Shown here piece by piece: positions 1 to 7,790 of a DNA stretch of 64,000 nucleotides. This DNA comes from Phycisphaerae bacterium (GTDB lineage: Bacteria; Planctomycetota; Phycisphaerae; UBA1845). Each line of letters opens with the position of its first letter. Within the stretch, counting starts at the first letter, position 1. The position numbers and the translations under genes are program-made. Below the pieces are notes generated by a model, which was not told the origin of the DNA, made no database searches, and worked only from the letters and a program-made list of their open reading frames with translations. The DNA is taken from positions 1,920,001 to 1,984,000 of the forward strand of contig CAXXGO010000006.1 in the NCBI GenBank assembly GCA_963666835.2. The letters are read 5' to 3'.

Positions 1-846
<846 letters not shown>

Positions 847-863
847 TCAGCGAGGAGCCGTCC

Positions 864-2521
864 ATGGCCAATGGTGGGAACGAACACGATTATGATCCAT
901 TCGACAGCCTGGACTCTGAAGAAGATGCGTTCGGTCAAGGCGGACCTCGCGAAGACTACGAGTTTGCACACGAAAGCCCACCGCAACAGCAGTCCTCACC
1001 CGACGAGCCCGGCTATTGTGTGGTGCAGGAGCCCACGGCGGAGAGTATGGAGCCCGTAGCCGACGCCGCGCCGGCAGCTCACTCGGCTGAAGATGAACAG
1101 CTTCTATGTGAAATCGAGAAAAGTCAGAACAAATCCCGCGGGGTGATTGCGCTGGTTCTGACGCTGCTGATTTCCGGGGCCGTGTTCGTCGTTGTGGGGA
1201 AGGCCTGGTGGTCTTGGGAGTTGGTGCTGATGTTCTTGGCGATTCTGCTGATTCACGAGTTCGGCCATTTCGTCACCATGAAGGGTCTGAAGTATCGCAA
1301 CGTGAACATGTTCTTCATCCCGCTCCTCGGAGCAGCCGTGACCGGACGTCATTACAACACTCCTGCGTGGAAGAAGGCAATGGTTGCGTTGATGGGGCCG
1401 CTCCCCAGCATCTTCCTGGCGACCGGGGTCGGAATCGCGGCGGTCGTGGCGGATATGGATTGGCTGGTATATGCATGCGTTCTGTCTTTGTTTCTCAACG
1501 GACTCAATCTTGCGCCGTTTCTTCCGTTTGACGGCGGGCACGTTTTGCACGCGGTGCTGTTCTGCAGGCACTACTACCTTGACGTGGCGTTTCGCGTCAT
1601 CACGGTCTTGATCGTACTTGCTTTCGCGGTGTTGCTCGAGGGGTCGCCGTTTCTGGTCGGCCTAGCGGTGTTTCTGGGGATGACAATCCTCATTACTCTG
1701 CGCAACGGGCGGATTGCGCGTGAGTTGAAATCTGAAGGGAGCCTCGAGTTGGCCGGCGAGGACGATCGCGTGACACCCGCGACTGCACTACGCGTCGCGC
1801 ACGCTTTGCGGGCAGGGACTAACCCCAAGATGAGCGCCAAGGCCCTAGCGCAATCTGTGCTGCAAGTAGTTGAGCAGATTAACGCTCATCCGCCTGGCGT
1901 CTTGGCCTCGATCGGCTTGCTGTTCCTTCACGGTGCCGGGCTGGGCGTTGCTTTGTTCGCGGGGTTCTTCCTGAGCATTGCCGTAAACGAAGACCTGCGG
2001 GAGAGATTCTGGGTGGCGGCCGAACCGCCGCCGCTATACGCGTATGATTGTGATGCGGTCGAGACGCGGGGTGAGCGGTACGTGCCAACCTTCGGCACCA
2101 ACTACATCATTGCGACGTTTGCCACGCCGGCTGACGCAAACACGGCTTATAAATCGGCCAAGCCGGACATCTCCGCGCAAGACCATCTCCAGAGGTTCGG
2201 TCGGACGGTGAGCATTGCGTTGAGCAGCGAATCCACGCCGGAGATGCGGAAGTCCTGGATAGACCGATGGGAGTTGGAAGCGCAGGAACTTATCGTCGAC
2301 TTACCATACAGTCCGGTGTTATTCTCGCTAGACGCGACGTTCTCTGACGCTGCATTCGCCCGTCGGGTTGACAATGAGGTTCAGGCATATCTTAAGAATG
2401 AGTTTCAGAGTGCATTAAGCCCTCCTTGGCAGCCCGATGCTCCGGTACGCGATCCTGCCGAAGGCGAAAGATACGAGGCGCGGCGGACCTGTATCGAACT
2501 ATCAAAGGCCGTTGATAAGGC
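864..2521 (+). pseudogene. Site-2 protease (peptidase M50) family membrane metalloprotease, 5' part, interrupted by IS66-type element
   Basis: GAGGAG RBS before ATG 864; HEFGH zinc motif, GP motif, NLAPFLPFDGG; several TM segments; frame broken at the TSD GATAAGGC. Confidence 0.88.
2514..2521. repeat. 8-bp target-site duplication GATAAGGC (left copy; right copy 6790-6797)
   Basis: Identical 8-mers immediately outside both terminal inverted repeats. Confidence 0.93.
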
Positions 2522-2555
2522 GTGTCCTTGCGGTGAGCGTGTATGACGCGATTTG
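2522..2555 (+). repeat. Left terminal inverted repeat of IS66-type element
   Basis: GTGTCCTTGCGGTGAGCGTGTATGACGCGATTTG. Confidence 0.92.
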
Positions 2556-2606
2556 AGCGACCCGGTATCGTCAGCCGTCGACCGATGGTGGTCTGGAGGA
2601 CGGCTG

Positions 2607-3047
2607 ATGAGATCCAGAGGGACAGGCACGCTCCCGGCTCGCCTCGAGGCGGGTCGGCGGCGTTTTGAACGTTGGCGTCGGACCCGTGAAGGCCGCTCGC
2701 GCATTCCGGATCCGCTGTGGAGTTTGGCGGTGAAGCTCTCCGCAACGTACGGGATTCACCGAACCGCCAAGACGCTGCGACTCAATCCCGACTCGCTCAA
2801 GAAACGGGTGGCATCTGCAAACGGCGATGGCTCGCTTGGGCAGAGGAAACCCCGACAGAAGACCGCCGGGCAGGAGGCAGCCACGGCTTTCGTTGAGTTG
2901 GTGTCTACTGAAGGCACTTGCCCGCCCGAGTGCATCGTCGAACTGGAGAATCCTCGCGGGGCGAAGATGCGGATCCACGCCAAAGGCAACCAAATCCCGG
3001 ACGTGGTGACGGCGGTGAGCCAGATCTTCTTCGGCGCCATGCCATGA
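2607..3047 (+). CDS. tnpA: IS66 accessory protein TnpA-like (HTH)
   Basis: GGAGG RBS; FERWRRTR...RIPDPLWSLAVKL...LRLNPDSLKKR and AFVEL...IVELE pattern; first ORF inside IRL; ATGA overlap with tnpB. Confidence 0.75.
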   Translation: MRSRGTGTLPARLEAGRRRFERWRRTREGRSRIPDPLWSLAVKLSATYGIHRTAKTLRLNPDSLKKRVASANGDGSLGQRKPRQKTAGQEAATAFVELVSTEGTCPPECIVELENPRGAKMRIHAKGNQIPDVVTAVSQIFFGAMP

Positions 3048-3406
3048 TTCAGGTCACACCCCAGATGCGCATCCTGGTGGCCGTCGAGCCCGCCGATTTT
3101 CGAAAAGGCATAGATGGCCTGGCCCGGCTGTGCAAGGAGGAGTTGAAACGCGACCCGTTTTGCGGCTGGGTGTTCGTATTCCGCAATCGACGGGCCACGG
3201 CTGTGAAGGTTTTGGCTTATGATGGGCAAGGATTCTGGTTAAGCCATAAACGTTTGTCGAGCGGGCGGTTTCGCTGGTGGCCCGTCAGTAAGACAGGGGC
3301 GAGCAAGACGCTGGAGGCGCACCAGCTGCACGTCCTCCTGTCGGCGGGCAATCCCGACGCGGCGCAGGCACCGGCGGCATGGCGGCGAGTCAACGCAGCA
3401 TCTTGA
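3044..3406 (+). CDS. tnpB: IS66 Orf2-like accessory protein TnpB
   Basis: EPADFRKGIDGL...FVFRNRR...KVLAYDGQGFWLSHKRLSSGRF, a typical IS66 TnpB signature. Confidence 0.92.
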   Translation: MIQVTPQMRILVAVEPADFRKGIDGLARLCKEELKRDPFCGWVFVFRNRRATAVKVLAYDGQGFWLSHKRLSSGRFRWWPVSKTGASKTLEAHQLHVLLSAGNPDAAQAPAAWRRVNAAS

Positions 3407-3435
3407 GAGCGAATGAAAAAACTCGGCCTTCGGGC

Positions 3436-3464
3436 TTGCGTTCTACTTTTGATCCTGCTACGCT
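3436..3464 (+). promoter_or_regulatory. Putative internal sigma70 promoter (extended -10) for DUF4338-tnpC
   Basis: TTGCGT-N17-TACGCT with TGn immediately upstream of -10; 6 nt to ATG 3471; no SD. Confidence 0.5.
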
Positions 3465-3470
3465 GCGGTC

Positions 3471-4343
3471 ATGGACGTGCTGCGGTACCGAGGCCGGGTT
3501 GTCACCGACGCCGACGTCGCCTTCATTGGTGACCTCATCAGCGCGCATCCAACCGCCACGCGGCGGGCACTGTCCCTGAAGCTGTGCGAGGCCTGGAACT
3601 GGGTCCAGCCCAACGGCGTTCTGCGGGACATGGTCTGTCGCGGATTGTTGCTGGCGTTGCATCGCGCGGGCCACATCGAGCTGCCGCCGGCGCGGAAGTC
3701 CAATCCTCTGGGGCCGCAGCGTCGGACACCTTCGCGCGCGACGCTCCGCTGTGATCCCATCGAGGGGCGACTGTCCGACATCCTTCCGCTTACCATCGCT
3801 CAGGTGCGACGCACCGGTGATGAATCGCTGTTCGACAGTCTGCTTCAGACCCACCACTATCTGGGCTACACCCAGCCGGTCGGCGAACATTTGAAGTATC
3901 TGATCTCGACAAATGGTGTTCCGGTGGCCTGCCTGGCGTGGTCCTCGGCGCCGCGGCACCTGGGTCCAAGAGACCGCTTCATCGGTTGGTCGGCCGACAG
4001 CCGGCGGAAGAACATCCGCTTCATCGCTTACAACCTCCGCTTTCTGATCCTGCCGTGGGTCGAGGTCCCTCATCTGGCCTCGCACATTTTGGGTCGCATG
4101 GCCCGGGTGTTACCTCAGGACTGGGAGCGGATCTACGGCCACCCCATCTACTTCCTGGAGACCTTCGTTGATCCCCAGAGATTCAAAGGCACCTGTTACC
4201 GCGCGGCCAACTGGTTGGTTCTGGGGCGCACCACGGGCCGGGGCAAGGACGACCTGACCCACCGGCCTAACCGGTCCATCAAAGAGGTGCTGGGCTACCC
4301 ACTCTCGAAGCATTTTCGAAAACGATTGTGCCACACCGCATGA
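3471..4343 (+). CDS. DUF4338 / Druantia DruA-like protein (Mom/GNAT-like C-terminal domain)
   Basis: HHYLGY, RDRFIGW, RFLILPWV..PHLASHIL, DW...YG..IYFLETFVDP..FKGTCYRAANW...GRTTG; N-terminal helical domain (SLKLCEAWNW..PNG). Confidence 0.85.
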   Translation: MDVLRYRGRVVTDADVAFIGDLISAHPTATRRALSLKLCEAWNWVQPNGVLRDMVCRGLLLALHRAGHIELPPARKSNPLGPQRRTPSRATLRCDPIEGRLSDILPLTIAQVRRTGDESLFDSLLQTHHYLGYTQPVGEHLKYLISTNGVPVACLAWSSAPRHLGPRDRFIGWSADSRRKNIRFIAYNLRFLILPWVEVPHLASHILGRMARVLPQDWERIYGHPIYFLETFVDPQRFKGTCYRAANWLVLGRTTGRGKDDLTHRPNRSIKEVLGYPLSKHFRKRLCHTA

Positions 4344-6058
4344 AGAAGACCATACCCATTGAGAAGATCGCTATGAAAGAACTGGAATCCATTCTGCAAC
4401 GCGCTGAGACGGCTCCGCTGGATGCAAAGGACCGCGCGAAGCTCAAGGCGGTGTTCGAATCCTACCTTCACCTGACGGACCTACTCGAGGACAAGCAGAT
4501 GACAATCAAGCGTCTACGGCAGATGCTCTTCGGCGCCGGCACCGAGAAGACCCGCGATGTGATCAAGGAGGAGGAAGACGAACCCGAGTCGCCGCCGGCG
4601 ACGGGCGGGGATTCGCGTGCCCCGCCGGAGAAGACGGGCGAAGAGGGCTCGGAACCGCAGCAGAAACGCAAAGGACATGGGCGCAACGGCGCCGACGCCT
4701 ACACCGGCGCTGAGAAGATCAGGGTGCCTCACGAATCCCTCCAGCCGGGGGATTCGTGCCCGGCGTGCAAGAAGGGCACAGTCTACCAGATGAAGAAACC
4801 CGGTGTGCTGATCCGGATTGTGGGTCAGGCTCCGGTGGCGGCCACGGTCTTCGAGCTTCAGAAGCTGCGCTGCCATCTGTGTGGCAAGGTATTCACGGCC
4901 GAGCCGCCCGAGGGAGCGGACGAGGAGAAGTACGACGCGACGGCAGCGAGTATGATCGCCCTGCTGAAGTACGGAAGTGGGTTACCCTTCAATCGATTGG
5001 AAGGCCTGCAGGGAAACCTGGGCATTCCTCTGCCGGCCTCGACCCAGTGGGACATCGTCCGCGACACCGCCGAGATCATCCAGCCGGCCTATGATGAGCT
5101 GATCCGGCAGGCTGCCCAGGGGGAGGTGCTGTACAATGACGATACCACGATGAAGATTCTGGAACTGATGGGGAAGCGGGCTACCGCCAGAGCCTGTGCC
5201 GAAGCTGAAGGCGAGGACGAGGGCGATGGCGCACCCGAGCGTGCGAAGAACGTACCCAAGCGCTCGGGGGTGTTCACCTCGGGCATCGTGTCCACCCGCG
5301 AAGGGCGCACGATCGCGCTGTTCTTCACGGGGCGGCGGCACGCTGGGGAAAACTTGGACGAGGTCCTGGCCCACAGAGCCTCGGAGCTGGGTGTGCCGAT
5401 CCAAATGTGCGACGCCCTGTCGCGTAATGCGCCCAAGGAATTCGAGACCATCCTGAGCAACTGCCTGTCCCACGGCCGGCGCCAGTTCGTCGATGTGGTG
5501 GAGAACTTCCCGGACGAGTGTCGCCACGTGCTTTTGACCCTGAGGGACGTCTACAAGCATGATGCCATCGCGCAGAAGCAGGACCTGACGTCCGAAGAGC
5601 GCCTCCGCTTCCACCAAGCTGAGAGTGGCCCGCTGATGGACGACCTCAAGGAATGGCTAACCAGGCAACTCAAGGACCACCTGGTGGAGCCGAACTCCGG
5701 TCTCGGCGAGGCTATTACCTATATGCTCAAGCACTGGGACAAGCTGACGCTCTTCTTGCGTAAGGCTGGGGCTCCGCTGGACAATAATGTTTGCGAACGA
5801 ATTCTGAAGCGGGCGATTCTTCACCGTAAGAATGCGATGTTCTTCATGAGCGAAAACGGTGCCCGCGTGGGCGATCTATTCATGAGTCTGATCCACTCCT
5901 GCCAGCTTTGCGGCGCCAATCCCTTCGATTACTTGACCGAGCTACAGAAGCACGCGGCGGAACTCACCTCCGATCCCGCGACGTGGATGCCCTGGAATTA
6001 CCGGGACGAATGGAAGAGGCGAAACGTGGACACGGAAACGGCAGTGGGATATGTCTAA
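4340..6058 (+). CDS. tnpC: IS66 family DDE transposase TnpC
   Basis: Coiled N-terminus ending LFG..TEK, CPAC/CHLC zinc ribbon, NDDT, MCD, CLSHGRRQF, LDNNVCERILK, SLIHSC...NPFDYL. Confidence 0.95.
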   Translation: MKKTIPIEKIAMKELESILQRAETAPLDAKDRAKLKAVFESYLHLTDLLEDKQMTIKRLRQMLFGAGTEKTRDVIKEEEDEPESPPATGGDSRAPPEKTGEEGSEPQQKRKGHGRNGADAYTGAEKIRVPHESLQPGDSCPACKKGTVYQMKKPGVLIRIVGQAPVAATVFELQKLRCHLCGKVFTAEPPEGADEEKYDATAASMIALLKYGSGLPFNRLEGLQGNLGIPLPASTQWDIVRDTAEIIQPAYDELIRQAAQGEVLYNDDTTMKILELMGKRATARACAEAEGEDEGDGAPERAKNVPKRSGVFTSGIVSTREGRTIALFFTGRRHAGENLDEVLAHRASELGVPIQMCDALSRNAPKEFETILSNCLSHGRRQFVDVVENFPDECRHVLLTLRDVYKHDAIAQKQDLTSEERLRFHQAESGPLMDDLKEWLTRQLKDHLVEPNSGLGEAITYMLKHWDKLTLFLRKAGAPLDNNVCERILKRAILHRKNAMFFMSENGARVGDLFMSLIHSCQLCGANPFDYLTELQKHAAELTSDPATWMPWNYRDEWKRRNVDTETAVGYV

Positions 6059-6641
6059 ACGCAGCTCGAAGAAAGCGGTCAAACCTCCCAAGATAGCGGA
6101 CCCCGGGCAACGGCTGCGCAAGGCGCTGGCCAGGCGCACGAAAGGTGAGCTGATTGATGTTCTCGTGGAATTGGCCAGTGATGATCGCGCAGTTCTCCGG
6201 CGGTTTGCGGCACGCTTCGAACTACAGGCTCCGCCCAAAGAACTCTTGGTGATGACCCGTCAAGCGATTGCCGACGCTACCGCCTTCGACGAGCGGGACG
6301 CCAATTACAACTTCAGCTACGACGACGAAGCATACCGTGAAGTGCAACAGAATCTGAACCGCTTGATCGAGCTGGGGCATCTACGGCCGGCCATGGAGTT
6401 GTCGCTGGAGCTGATGGATCAGGGAAGCTACCAGGTCGAATCGAGCGATGAGGGATTGATGACCGAGGACATCGAGGCGTGTTTCGGTACGGTCCTGAAA
6501 GCCCTCCGAAAGTGCGACCTGCCGGCAGCCGAGGTGATCGCGTGGTGCGCGAAGATGCTCAAGACTGACCGCGTGGGCTTCATCTGCGATCAGGAGCTTC
6601 ACACGCTGCGACGGCGATTCGAGGGCACGCCGTCGCCATGA
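6051..6641 (+). CDS. Hypothetical helical protein, passenger inside the IS
   Basis: 196-aa ORF overlapping tnpC stop by 8 nt, ends ~115 bp before IRR. Confidence 0.7.
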   Translation: MSKRSSKKAVKPPKIADPGQRLRKALARRTKGELIDVLVELASDDRAVLRRFAARFELQAPPKELLVMTRQAIADATAFDERDANYNFSYDDEAYREVQQNLNRLIELGHLRPAMELSLELMDQGSYQVESSDEGLMTEDIEACFGTVLKALRKCDLPAAEVIAWCAKMLKTDRVGFICDQELHTLRRRFEGTPSP

Positions 6642-6755
6642 CCCGCCGCCAATTCCCCAGGTGGATGTCGAGTCCTGAAAGCCGACCGGACCTCACATCG
6701 TGATGCCCGCCAAGCAACGGCCCGCGTCTTCCCCCCCACAACGAACCGCGCGCCG

Positions 6756-6789
6756 CAAATCGGATCATACACGCTCACCGGAAAGACAC
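6756..6789 (-). repeat. Right terminal inverted repeat of IS66-type element
   Basis: Reverse complement GTGTCTTTCCGGTGAGCGTGTATGATCCGATTTG. Confidence 0.92.
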
Positions 6790-7374
6790 GATAAGGCGAT
6801 CGACGACGATAAACGGGCGGCCTCGGCCGTACGTATTGCTGACTACGATAAGCTGCAGGAAATCAGAGACGAGATCACGCGCAGCACGGTTGCCGATCTC
6901 AAGATCTCCAATCCGGATATCGATGTTGTTACAGCAGACCTCTACGTGCGATGGACAACCGGTGAGTATGACAAGGAGGCTTATCGGTTACTGTTGGAGC
7001 GGATGGGAGGAGTGTTCATCGACTATGAGGAGTACGAGGATCCACAAGAGGGCGATAGCGACGATGACAACGATTCCGGATCTGCGAAAACGGCTGATGA
7101 TTCGCCCGGTGATTCGGATATCGACGCGGATAACGCCGACGGCGAAGCGCCCGAGGCCGACGAGTTCGACGAAGAGGATTACGATTATGCGTTGACCGCG
7201 GGCTTTGAACGATATGGGGCCAGGGGTTCGAGTTTCAGGAATAGAAAGACGGTGTCGTTTCGCGCGGTTTCATTGAACGTCGATGCGGAGGGTGCACGGG
7301 CGATTACGGACTGGCTATGTTCGCTGGGCGCGCAAGAGATAACTTATGCCTTCTATGTAGATGATTGGGAGTAG
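6790..7374 (+). pseudogene. 3' remainder of the IS-interrupted M50 protease gene
   Basis: Removing the IS and one TSD joins ...ELSKAVDKA|IDDDKRAASAV... in frame, giving a 744-aa ORF. Confidence 0.85.
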
Positions 7375-7417
7375 TGCTGCGTTAGTGACACTCCGAGAGC
7401 TTTTCGGTTCTTTAACC

Positions 7418-7654
7418 GGCAGGTCTCGTTCCTCGACCATGCCCTACCTGCTGTGCGGCATGGGCTCCTGGCCCTCCGAGGTCAGCCCGTAACGTGGTGA
7501 TGAGTTGCGTCGCATCAGTATCGTGACCGTCATGGAGCAACTTCGTTGCGTGAATGCGTCGCTGCGTGTCGGCCGGGGGCGGGTCGCTCACGCTCACCGT
7601 ACTGGTCGCGCGGGTTCCTGAATTGGCAGGTCTCGTTGCTCGACCATGCCCTAC
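7418..7654. repeat. Two direct copies of REP family A (7418-7447, 7625-7654)
   Basis: GGCAGGTCTCGTT(C/G)CTCGACCATGCCCTAC; imperfect palindrome with GTAG on the opposite strand. Confidence 0.8.
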
Positions 7655-7790
7655 CTGCTCAGAAGCTTCTTCGAGGGCTGTCGGGACGCACAACTGCGCA
7701 GATCGGATTGACTACGTTCGTTGCCGGCCGATAGAATGCACCAATTGGGTTACAGCGAAGATCACTGTCACCTGCCCAACGGAGTGACGT

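Larger units (their letters stand above)
2522..6789 (+). mobile_element. IS66-family insertion sequence, 4268 bp, five ORFs (tnpA, tnpB, DUF4338, tnpC, passenger)
   Basis: 34-bp terminal IRs (30/34 identical), 8-bp TSD typical of IS66, IS66 Orf2 and DDE transposase genes. Confidence 0.95.

Noticed and set aside
3471..4343. Druantia anti-phage system
   Set aside because: Only a DUF4338 gene is present; no DruE helicase or other Dru genes, and it lies within IS ends
2533..6778. Shorter IS boundaries at GTGAGCG...CGCTCAC
   Set aside because: No TSD at those positions; extending 11 bp outward gives longer IRs and a perfect 8-bp TSD
6700..7374. 224-aa ORF as an independent gene
   Set aside because: Starts inside the IS right end; from 6790 it is the 3' half of the interrupted M50 gene
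7418..7654. CRISPR array from two 30-bp direct repeats
   Set aside because: 177-bp spacing, only two copies, same repeat dispersed in both orientations, no cas genes
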